Notes under the pieces: model-generated
Told to the model about the DNA's origin: nothing
Seen by the model: only the letters and a program-made list of their open reading frames with translations
Databases searched by the model: none
NCBI GenBank assembly: GCA_020184695.1
Contig: JAANOX010000280.1
Coordinates: 310,001 to 374,000, forward strand
Length of the DNA stretch: 64,000 bases
Direction of reading: 5' to 3'
Source of the DNA: Histomonas meleagridis 2922-C6/04-290x
Lineage: Eukaryota > Protista > Parabasalia
In this document: positions 1 through 9,625 of the stretch, piece by piece
Position numbering within the stretch: position 1 is the stretch's first letter
Layout: the number at the start of each line of letters is the position of its first letter
Program-made: the position numbers and the translations under genes

Positions 1-88
1 CAGTCATCTTAACGTAAATTTTACACTAGAGTAAACCATTGAAGAAAAACATGCCACTTCAAGAAAAGAAATATACATACATCTGTAC

Positions 89-3000
89 ATGCAAAGCACA
101 GAAACACACATCAGTAAGGATGCCAAAGAAATCGGTGATAAAACAGGCGATATTCAAATTTTGCAATCTCTTGAACATATCATTTTTGGCTTGAGTATGA
201 GTAATATTAAAGAATCAGTAGATTCTTCTTTGAAACATATTAGTGAAGAATTCGTATATTCTTTTAATATTGTTGTTTCTCGAATTATATATTCATTTTT
301 CATAGTTAAATTTCAAGATGAATTATGTTTTGAATATTTAAGAGAATTAGAACGAAAAGAAAAAGAAATTATAAGCAATTCAAATAACAAAGTAATAAAA
401 ATTTTTACTGAAATCCTTATTTCACTATCAACTCAAGAATCAAATTATCTTATAAGTAAAATGATCAAAAAAGAAATGATTGAATCAATAGGATTACATA
501 AACAAAAAAATCTGTATTTTGCACAATATATGTCTAAAAATGATCTAAAAGATTTTAGTTATGATCGCTTTGGAATGCGAATCATTAAAAATTTTGAAGA
601 ATTATCAAAGAATGATTGGGAACTTCATAAAAAGTTAATTGATGAAGGAGTTAATCCGAATGAAATTGCAAAAATAATACGAAATGATGAAATAGAAAAA
701 CTTCAAGAAATTTCATCACAAATAAATTTCGATTTTAATCAATATGTTATACCATCACTTTATGAAAGATGTTCTTTTATTAATCAGTATAGTGCTTCAT
801 TAATCGAATATGCAGCATTTTTTGGAGCAATTAAATGTTTTAAATATTTACTTATGAGTGGAGCAAAAGTGGAAAACGCAGGTAAATATGCAGTTGCAGG
901 TGGGAATGAAGAAATCATTCATTTATGCGAACAAAATCATTCATCATTTGAAGGCGCATATGAAACAGCAATTGAATTCCATCGAGATGATATCTTTAAA
1001 TATCTTTATGAAAACATAAATTCATTTATTAAAAATAAGGAAAAATTGGGTGAAAAATGTATTTTATGTAACAATTACGAAATTTTATTATTTTTACAAA
1101 AGAATGGAATGAAAATAGATGAATCAATGATAAAAATATCAATTAAACATGGAAATATATTTCTCATCAAATATTTCTTTATATTTCATCAAATTCCAAG
1201 GAAGATCATATTATTTTCTATAAAATTATCAAATGTCGAATTGACAAAATATATTTTAAAGCAAAAAGGAGTTGATATGAATGTAAAAAATATTTGTCTC
1301 TTTAATTTAAAATATATTTTATTGATTTTATTTTTCAAAACTTTGTTTGGAAATGATTTATATTGTTTGAAACAGCACTTATAAAATCATCTAAAAATGG
1401 TAATATAGAAATCGTTAAATTACTTATTGAACAAAAAGAAATTGACATCAATGCTAAAGATATTTCTTTGTATTGTTTAATATTTATTTTAAAAAATTTC
1501 GTGTTTCAAAATATTATATAGAAATACTTTATATTGTTTCGAACAGCACTTATGTATGCATCTGAATATGGAAAAACAGAAATCGTTAAATTACTTCTTG
1601 AACAAGAAGGAATTGAGATCAATGCTAAAGATATTTATTTATTTTATTTAGATTATATTTAAATAATATGATACTTCAAAATAATATTTAGAAATTATTT
1701 AAATTATTTGAAACAGCACTTATAAAATCATCTAGAAATGGGAATACAGATATTGCTAAATTACTTCTTGAACATAAAGATATTGATATTAATGCTAAAG
1801 ATATATATTTTTTTTATTTTGGTGATTTTTCATTAATTTGAGATATCAAAATAATATTTGGAAATCATTTAAATTATTTAGAACATCTCTTATTTGGGCA
1901 ACTTTAAGAGGTCATTTGGAAATAGTTAAATTGTTTCTTGAGCAAAAAGGAATTGATATTAATGCTAAAGATATTTATTCATTTTATTTAATACATGTTT
2001 CAGTAATTTAATAATTTTAAATAATATTTAGAAATTGTTTAATTTGATTCAAACTGCACTTATTATTGCATCTGAAAAAGGATATACGGAAATTGTTAAA
2101 TTACTTCTTGAACAAAAAGGAATTGATGTTAATGCTGAAGATATTTCTTTGTTTTATTTAAAATTTATTTTAATAATTTTATATTTCAAAGTAATACTTG
2201 GAAATTATTTAAATGATTTAGAACAGCACTTATTTGGGCATCTTTAAGAGGTAATTTAGAAATAATTAAATTGTTTCTTGATCAAAAAGGAATTGACGAT
2301 AATATTAAAACTAATACTTATTTAAATAAATTATTATTTCAAAACTAATTTTAAAATTATATCAATTTACATAATACATCACTTATTATTTCATCTTCAA
2401 ATGGGCATAAAGAAATAGTTAAATTTCTTCTTGAATTAAAAGGAATTAATATTAATGCCAAAGATATTTATTTATATTATATCGTTCTTATTTTAATAAT
2501 TTGACATTTCAAGATAATATTTGGAAATTATTTAAATTATTTTGTACAGCACTTATGTTGGCATCTTGCGATGGTTATTCAGAAATCGTTGAATTGCTTC
2601 TTGAACAAGAAGGAATTGATATTAATGCTAAAGATATTTATTTGTTTTATTTAATATTTATTTTAATAATTAGATATTTCAAGATAATATTTGGAAATTA
2701 TTCAAATTATTTTGTACAGCACTTATGTTGGCATCTTCTTATGATTATACAGAAATAGTTAAATTACTTCTTGAACAAGAAGGAATTGATATGAATGCCA
2801 AAGATATTTATTTGTTTTATTAAATATTTATTTTAATAATTTTATATTTCAAAATAATATATGGGAATCATTTATTTTATTTCGTACAGCACTTATGTTG
2901 GCTGCGAAATATGGTTCCTTTGATATAGTTAAATTACTTTTTGAACAAAAAGGAATTGATATTAATACTAAAAATATTTATTTGTTTTATCTAAAATCTG

Positions 3001-3232
3001 TTATAATAATTCGATGTTTTCAAATATTATTTGGAAATAATTCAAGTTATTTAAAACAGCACTTATGTATGCATCTAAAAATGGTTATAGAGACATAGCT
3101 AAATTCTTTCTTAAACATAAAAAAAAAAAAAAAAATGATATTGATCTGATATTCCAAAAAAATTTAATAGAAAACCTGTTTTGTTCTGATATTCAACTTT
3201 ATATGAAGCATAATAAAAATTACCAAATATAA
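89..3232 (+). CDS. DUF3447-ankyrin repeat protein, locus 1 (continuous 5' part 89-1291, then 11 ankyrin cassettes split by spacers)
   Basis: The ORF carries the DUF3447 signature (YAVAGGNEEIIHLCEQ...AIEFHRDDIFKYLYE) and runs to ...QKGVDMNVKN at 1291. Cassettes start at 1372, 1543, 1713, 1883, 2053, 2223, 2376, 2546, 2716, 2886 and 3056 (e.g. TALMYASEYGKTEIVKLLLEQEGIEINAKD). The final stop position depends on an A17 run. Confidence 0.85.
1292..3118 (+). repeat. 170-nt period array: 90-nt ankyrin cassette plus 80-nt conserved spacer (11 units)
   Basis: Spacer lengths are 80,81,80,80,80,80,63,80,80,80,80. Shared core: TTTCAAAATAATATTTGGAAATTATTTAAATTATTT. Confidence 0.95.
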
Positions 3233-3589
3233 ATGTTTTAATTGGTGCAAAAAATGCAATAAAAACATTGGGTGGTGAAAAGATGGTATTTTCCCTTAAT
3301 TTATAATTATAATTAAACAAATCGTTACATTATCACCTATAATTATGAAGTCAATTGACTTAAACAATAATAATGTCATCAATATTGATCAAGGAATAAG
3401 AGGTAATTGGTGATGTTTATAGCCATATGGCTGATGTAATTCTGTGAAGCAATTTAATAAAATAGATACTTTATAGGCAAAAAGTGCTTTCCAAGTTGGA
3501 TAAATTTGGGCAAATTTGTCGATGGCATGCCATTGTACCATTATAATTAATATTTATTTTTTTAATGTAAATGAAGAAATTATTCATTA

Positions 3590-3725
3590 ATGTGAACAAA
3601 ATCATTCATCATTTGAAAATGCATATGAAGCAGGGATTCAATTTCATCGAAATGATGTTTTTCATTGTCTTTATGAAAAAAAAAATCGAAGAAATTAATA
3701 ATTTAGAAAATTTAGGAGTTAAATT
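3590..3725 (+). pseudogene. Isolated DUF3447 gene fragment
   Basis: Translates as CEQNHSSFENAYEAGIQFHRNDVFHCLYE..IEEINNLENLGVK, matching the DUF3447 core of the full loci. No start codon or flanking domains. Confidence 0.7.
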
Positions 3726-3983
3726 GGTAATAATAAAATTTTATCATTTTTTTTATTTGTATTGAATCATTAAGAAAATAGGGCTGAACTGGAAAGAAAG
3801 AAATAGGGATATAGGCACCGAAACAAAGTTCAAGTTAAAATTCTTCGTTTGTCTTCGCTAGAACCTTTATTCCAAAATTTTCACCAACAAAATTGCGCCG
3901 GTTCCTTTCAAATTTGATTTGGTTGTTTCGGGAATATTTTTACAACGTTAATTCAAAAAAATTCGTTAAAACTTTAACAGTCC

Positions 3984-5198
3984 ATGACAAGCACTGCAAC
4001 AGTTGTTTATTGTACATCAAAATGGACAACACCTGGCCCAGGTGCATACAGCCCTCCGTCTGATTTTGGGAAAGCGCCATCATATACAATTAAACATCGT
4101 TATAAAGAAAAATTTGAAGTGAACCAAGCACCATATCAAGCACTTCCAACTACAATCGGAACAGGCCAAAAACATTCCATATCCATCCGAACAAAAGAAA
4201 GGGATTTTGTTTCAAGTCCAGGTCCAAATTATCTTCCACCAAAATTTGGCAGTGAAGGCCATTCAAGTGCATTTCATTTCCGTGGGAAAACTGATGAACC
4301 ACCTGAGTCAATTGGGCCAGGTCCTGGAAAATATGATACTAGAAAAAAATTTGATGGTCATAAATACACAATAAAATCTAGGAATTTCGCCAATGATGAG
4401 AAGATGCTTGATGGACCAGGAGCTGGCAAGTATGCACCTGATTATGATAAAGTAATGAAAAGATCTATCCAAACTTCAATCGGACATAGATATAAAGAAC
4501 GACCAAAAGCAGTAACTCCAGGACCAGCTGATTACGAAATCAACAGAAACCTTGAGAATAGACCACAATCATTTCATGCAAGAACTCGATCATTTAATAA
4601 TAATGATACGCCAGGGCCAGGAAAATATGATATTTCTGCTCCATTTGGCAAAGGCGTTCCAAGTTATTCATTTCGTTCAAGAATCAATATTCCAAAGAAA
4701 CAAATGGATCCTCCATATAACAAAGTACCAGATTACTTTGGGAAAGAAGGAAGAAAACAAACTATTGGGGTTCGCTTTTCCAAAAAAGCTACGACAGATA
4801 CACCAGGGCCATCTTATGTTCCTCCAAATTTTGGAGAAGATGGAACAAAATGTGCGATTAGAAGTCGCAGAACAATATCAAGAGACACTGCTGAAACAAT
4901 TGGACCAGGTTCTGGCAAATATAATACTCGACCTCCCACTGGCGGATATAAGATAACAATTAAAAGCCGAGCACATCCACCAGACGAAATACAAATCGAT
5001 GGCCCTGGAGTAGGGAAATACGCTCCAAACTACGATGCGGTCATGAAGAGTTCTCAAAAGACACTGATTCTAAATCGATATAAAGAGAAAGATCCTGAAC
5101 CATCTCCTGGATACGTTGCCCTCCCTGATGAGAAGGGAATTGCTTACACCATTGGTAGAAAGGAAAACATTGATGTTGCTCCTGGAAATATAATGTAA
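3984..5198 (+). CDS. SHIPPO-repeat (PGPGxY) ODF3-like axonemal protein
   Basis: 404-aa ORF with many PGPGxY motifs (TPGPGAYS, GPGPGKYD, TPGPADYE). Confidence 0.85.
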   Translation: MTSTATVVYCTSKWTTPGPGAYSPPSDFGKAPSYTIKHRYKEKFEVNQAPYQALPTTIGTGQKHSISIRTKERDFVSSPGPNYLPPKFGSEGHSSAFHFRGKTDEPPESIGPGPGKYDTRKKFDGHKYTIKSRNFANDEKMLDGPGAGKYAPDYDKVMKRSIQTSIGHRYKERPKAVTPGPADYEINRNLENRPQSFHARTRSFNNNDTPGPGKYDISAPFGKGVPSYSFRSRINIPKKQMDPPYNKVPDYFGKEGRKQTIGVRFSKKATTDTPGPSYVPPNFGEDGTKCAIRSRRTISRDTAETIGPGSGKYNTRPPTGGYKITIKSRAHPPDEIQIDGPGVGKYAPNYDAVMKSSQKTLILNRYKEKDPEPSPGYVALPDEKGIAYTIGRKENIDVAPGNIM

Positions 5199-5447
5199 TA
5201 TAAAATTATTTTTGTTTAAACATAGATTGAATTTACTGTAAATTCGTTGTTTTGATAGAACGCTTTCATGTTTATTTAATTTCAGAATTATTCGAAGATT
5301 TTATAACTCGATTTCATAATTCAATTATTTATTTTTTTCCGTTTAAGTCGAACGTTAAAAAATTGAAAGGAAATTTATCGTTTTTAAAAGAAAACAAAAA
5401 CTATTTTCTAAGTAAATTTTATTATAATTATTATTGATTATACTATT

Positions 5448-6143
5448 TTACAAAGTCCAATCATTAAATATTTCTGGGAGATTAAATGGATATTGATCGA
5501 TTTCGTTAATTTGATTTAAAATGATTTTCTCAAATTTTTGGTTATCATCATTTTCTTCTTCTTTTGGAGGCATAGAGAAGACCTCGAAATTTTCTGTTTG
5601 TAAAACAGGCTCACTTTTAAAATAATTTTGACATGGAATTGGAGGATATTGGACGAAAGGACAATAATAAAGGCAACTTGAACTTTTCTGCTCGATTGGC
5701 TCCTTTTCTTTTTGCTTTAGATGAAATGGTTTAAGTACTCTTTTTCCTTGTGAAATTACAGTACATTTATTTTTAAGAAAGGAATACCAACGATTCTTGA
5801 TGGAGTTATCTGAACGCCCTGGGATTTGCTTAGCGATCTTTGACCATTTCGTTCCGATTTCATTTACACATTGAACAATTAATCGATCTTCATCTTCGGT
5901 CCATGGCTTGAAAGAATTTTCTGGTGACAAATAATTAAGCCAACGATCTCTACACTGCCTTGGCGTTCTTCCTGGTAAGTGATTAGCAATTTCTATCCAG
6001 TTTGTATACTTTTTTGATGCAACAATCTCAGCAAGGCGCTGGTCTTCCGCAATACTAAACACTCTTCTTCGGCAAGAAAATACCTTTTTAAGGTGTTCTT
6101 GGTCTATTTCTAACTTTATTTCATTGTTATTGGCTTCTTCCAT
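5448..6143 (-). CDS. R2R3 Myb transcription factor
   Basis: FSIAEDQRL...WIEIA...RTPRQCRDRWLNYL and PWTEDEDRLI...GTKWSKIA...RSDNSIKNRW repeats. Confidence 0.95.
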   Translation of the reverse strand: MEEANNNEIKLEIDQEHLKKVFSCRRRVFSIAEDQRLAEIVASKKYTNWIEIANHLPGRTPRQCRDRWLNYLSPENSFKPWTEDEDRLIVQCVNEIGTKWSKIAKQIPGRSDNSIKNRWYSFLKNKCTVISQGKRVLKPFHLKQKEKEPIEQKSSSCLYYCPFVQYPPIPCQNYFKSEPVLQTENFEVFSMPPKEEENDDNQKFEKIILNQINEIDQYPFNLPEIFNDWTL

Positions 6144-6655
6144 TGACTTTATTTTGAAATGCTTGGTTTATGGATCAAATTCTCAAAATTGAAAACAGTT
6201 TGACCATTCTGACGAAAGATTTGAGTGAGTTAATTCAAAATTTCTGTTCTATATAACGGTCAAAGCATTGAACTCAGTGTAACGTCGGTTTTTCTGTTGT
6301 GTCTTGTATCGGACAAACTTTGTTGGTTGCTTGAATGGACAAGCCCATAATTTCATAAACCGTTATTAAATAATATCATTTTTAGACAATGGCATTTTCT
6401 ATAACATTAATGAATCACGTCAAAACTGTTTTTTTGTAGCTACTGCTACTAAGAAATTTTTGAGTTTCTTACTTCCAAACAAAATCCATGTTACACCTTA
6501 TCTCTGTTAACATGTTACTTGTGATAATGCAAGTTCAACACATATTTTAAAATCTTAAGTTTTTTTCGAGATGATAACATTAATCTTATTTGAATATCTC
6601 TTTTTTAAAAACCAAAACAAATTTTGGATTAAAATAATAATAAAAAAAAACATTT

Positions 6656-7696
6656 TTAATTAATTTCATTAAATATTTCTGTATTTGCCCATTTAACCAA
6701 TTCATTTGCAAATTTAGATTTCTTTTTTGTTTTCATTGAATCCATAAATTCTTTTTCGAGTTTTTTCAATATTTTTTTCTGTTTCATTACACTTTTCAAA
6801 TATTTTTCGAAAGCTTCAACAACATCATTTTCTAAGCAGTCACTACTTACTGATGTACAATTTTTAATTTTACCATTTTCTATTAACATTTCAACATCAA
6901 AAAGACCAAAATCGAATTTCTTCGAAATTAGTTTCGTTTCGAAATTTTGCAGAAAGTTTCCGTATAACCATTTATATGATCTTAGATTATCATATATTTT
7001 TTTTACGGAGTTTTCTTTTAAGAGTTGCTGTTCATTAATTGTTTCAATTATACATTTTCCATTGATTTTTTGAAACTCATTAATGATTGATTTGCAAAAC
7101 ATATCATGTGTTATATTTGGGTTAATATCAGTTAAATTTGTTACACGTGACCTTACAGAATTGACTCCTTTTGCTTCAAGCTTTAAGTCCCTCACAGTTA
7201 GACATTGTGTTAATTTATTAGTGTCAACATTAATGAGCATCGTTCCATGATGAATTGAATTGTTTTGTGTAATTCGAAATGCAGAACCAGATACTTTTTT
7301 ATTAGAAACTTCAATATCATTCCGGCCTGTTGATGTTGCTTTGATTCCTAAATTATTAAGAGAATTACAGATAATAGAAATATTTTTGGCTGGCTCAAAA
7401 TTTGGTGACAAAAATGTCCAACATGTATTGCCTAAATCTTGATAAACTGCTCCCCCACCAGTTGGACGCCGAGCTAATTTTACTCCATTTTTTTCCATAA
7501 AATCTAAATTACATTCTTTGTAAGGGTTTTGGTGTTTTCCTATAACAACAACTGGTGAATTTCGCCAAAGATAAAGAATTTTTTCATTTGTCGAAGATGA
7601 ATTAAAAAGATCAATTTCCTTTGCTAGATTTAAATGGGGATTAAGAGAGGTATTTATTAAAATATGGTGGCATCTGGAAAAATTTCTAGAAAGCAT
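6656..7696 (-). CDS. Lipoate-protein ligase A with probable hydrogenosomal leader
   Basis: Motifs LWRN..VVIGKHQNP, RRPTGGGAVYQDLGN, GRNDI, KKVSGSA, HHGTML. The ATG at 7696 gives MLSRNFSR, typical of short hydrogenosomal presequences. Confidence 0.9.
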   Translation of the reverse strand: MLSRNFSRCHHILINTSLNPHLNLAKEIDLFNSSSTNEKILYLWRNSPVVVIGKHQNPYKECNLDFMEKNGVKLARRPTGGGAVYQDLGNTCWTFLSPNFEPAKNISIICNSLNNLGIKATSTGRNDIEVSNKKVSGSAFRITQNNSIHHGTMLINVDTNKLTQCLTVRDLKLEAKGVNSVRSRVTNLTDINPNITHDMFCKSIINEFQKINGKCIIETINEQQLLKENSVKKIYDNLRSYKWLYGNFLQNFETKLISKKFDFGLFDVEMLIENGKIKNCTSVSSDCLENDVVEAFEKYLKSVMKQKKILKKLEKEFMDSMKTKKKSKFANELVKWANTEIFNEIN

Positions 7697-7753
7697 GAAA
7701 TGCTTAGAATTTATCTTGGGAACGCAGAGAAAGACGTTAACTAAAAAGTGACA

Positions 7754-7990
7754 ATGGGCTGCGTCACAAGCTTGTGCTCTGGAAAGGAAAATGATGTTCA
7801 AAAATATGTAAACTTAGTTACAAATACCCCAGGCCCAATAGTTTTGGATCAAATATCCACAAGTGACTCTGATTCAGCACCTTTATTCCCAGCAATTAAT
7901 ACTGATACTGATTCTGTTCAAGATGGCGAATCACTTACAGACGAAGAACTGAGGCTTTATGCCGAAAAACTCAGCAAGAAAAATGATTAA
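7754..7990 (+). CDS. Small acidic protein with N-terminal MGC acylation motif
   Basis: ATG at 7754 gives MGCVTSLCS. The 78-aa ORF has coding-like composition and lies head-to-head with the lipoate ligase. Confidence 0.6.
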   Translation: MGCVTSLCSGKENDVQKYVNLVTNTPGPIVLDQISTSDSDSAPLFPAINTDTDSVQDGESLTDEELRLYAEKLSKKND

Positions 7991-8167
7991 CAAAATTCCA
8001 TAACTTCTAATTGATTATAACATAAATTCTTTTTTATTCATCAATTCTATTGTTTTTTATTTTTTATACTCTTTTTATTCTAATATGGTCCTTATTTATT
8101 TGTGATAATCTTTTTTTACTTTTAGATAAAGATTTCACTGTTCTGTTAAAAATTTGATAGATCTCAT

Positions 8168-8890
8168 ATGAAAATTACAAGCGAAATAAAAGAAAAATGC
8201 TTAAAAATTATTGATAATATACTTGAACGCCCAATATCTTTAGTTTTTCAAGATCCTGTAGATCCAATACTTGATGAAGTTCCTGATTATTTTGATGTTA
8301 TTTCTTGTCCATCAGATCTATCAACAGTTCGTCAGCGTCTTGTTGATAACAAATATTCAACACTACAGGAATTTAAGGATGATGTTAATTTAATTTGGGA
8401 AAATGCTATTACTTATAATGGCAGGCCATCTCTTCCTGCTTATATCGCAGATGAACTCTCCAAGTTCTTTAGCAAACAAATGTCTGAACTTGAAGATCCT
8501 CAAGTTGAGCAGTGGATAAATGATTTTCTTAAAACCAGATCAATTTTATGGAAATTATTTCAAAATGCTCCAAAAGGATTATCTTCATTTGCCATCAAAC
8601 CAGAACGAACAATCGTTGCAGATGATCCAAGTCCCGTACACACTCGTATTTCTGAGGATGACAAACAATTTTTCGAAGAATCAGCAAAATTATTTGAAGA
8701 ACCAAGTCTAAAGCTAAAGCTCCTTCAAATAATTTCAGAAAACGAACCATCTATAGACATAAATTCAGCAAACTTCACAATCAATCTTACTCAGCTATCG
8801 AAGAGAACTATCAGATTACTAAAAAAATGGATAATAGGAATTAAAAGCGAATTTGAACATTCGAAAATTTCCGAACATTTGTGTAAATAA
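8168..8890 (+). CDS. Bromodomain protein
   Basis: FQDPVDP...VPDYFDVI..PSDLSTVRQRL...Y....FKDDVNLIWENAITYN. Confidence 0.9.
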   Translation: MKITSEIKEKCLKIIDNILERPISLVFQDPVDPILDEVPDYFDVISCPSDLSTVRQRLVDNKYSTLQEFKDDVNLIWENAITYNGRPSLPAYIADELSKFFSKQMSELEDPQVEQWINDFLKTRSILWKLFQNAPKGLSSFAIKPERTIVADDPSPVHTRISEDDKQFFEESAKLFEEPSLKLKLLQIISENEPSIDINSANFTINLTQLSKRTIRLLKKWIIGIKSEFEHSKISEHLCK

Positions 8891-9625
8891 TATTATAAAT
8901 TTTTATTTTGTTTCAATCAAAGCAATAACACTCGAATTCTTTTGTTGACCGAAAAGTGGCTCCATCAAATGAATGACATTTGATCGTTTCATACAATTTA
9001 ACCCTTTGTATGCATACAAAAAGCTAATTTTCGATGTATTTTAATCGTTTTTGGTATAAAAATTAATTTGAAGCAGTGCTCGTAATAGGAAAACACATAT
9101 AAATGCTGATAAACCATTTAATTATGTACTACCAAAATCAATGCAAGATGTAGAGAAACTTGAAGAAATTGTTTTTGATTTGAGCGAAAATATCATTGTT
9201 GAAACTGTCATGGCAACCATGAGTTTGTTAATAAACAAAATATTGACACCATCATACCAACAGAGAAAAAATGGTGGTTTACAATTATACTCAACCATAA
9301 AAAAATTTTTTTATTTTCTTCCACCATTGCTTTTGCAAAAACTTTTCAAGCATTAAGTTTCATCATATTTTAAGTTTTTAGCAATGGTTATTTATTAAGT
9401 CATTTTTTTAGGAAAAAAATTTAGTGTTAAATTATTTTTATCATGATAGGTGGTCATGTCTTTCCAATTTTATTCAAATAAAACAAAAATCAAAGTTTTC
9501 TATTTAGTTTCAGCACGAAAACTGTCATTGAAATGGTCCTCCGATAGATTACGGTTTTTGAATTTCTTATCGTTGACATTATTTGTGAGAAAAATTATCG
9601 TACATTCAAAAAACCATCCACAGGA

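Noticed and set aside
1292-1376. Canonical GT-AG introns using the ACAG of ACA GCA as 3' splice site
   Set aside because: Most spacers begin AT rather than GT. The AG disappears when the codons are ACA CCA, ACT GCT, ACA TCA or AAT CCA. There is no ACTAAC branch motif, and such splicing would delete the conserved Thr.
1633-1712. Simple -1 programmed frameshift or stop readthrough across the spacers
   Set aside because: Many spacers have stops in both the upstream and downstream frames, and variants of 60, 63, 66 and 81 nt have a different phase.
1631-1714. U12-type AT-AC introns
   Set aside because: No ATATCCTT 5' site or TCCTTAAC branch site, and AT...AC excision does not restore the cassette frame.
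2035-3098. The many 60-120 aa ORFs within the ankyrin arrays as separate small membrane proteins
   Set aside because: Each is one cassette plus read-through into flanking spacers. They are pieces of the larger interrupted genes.
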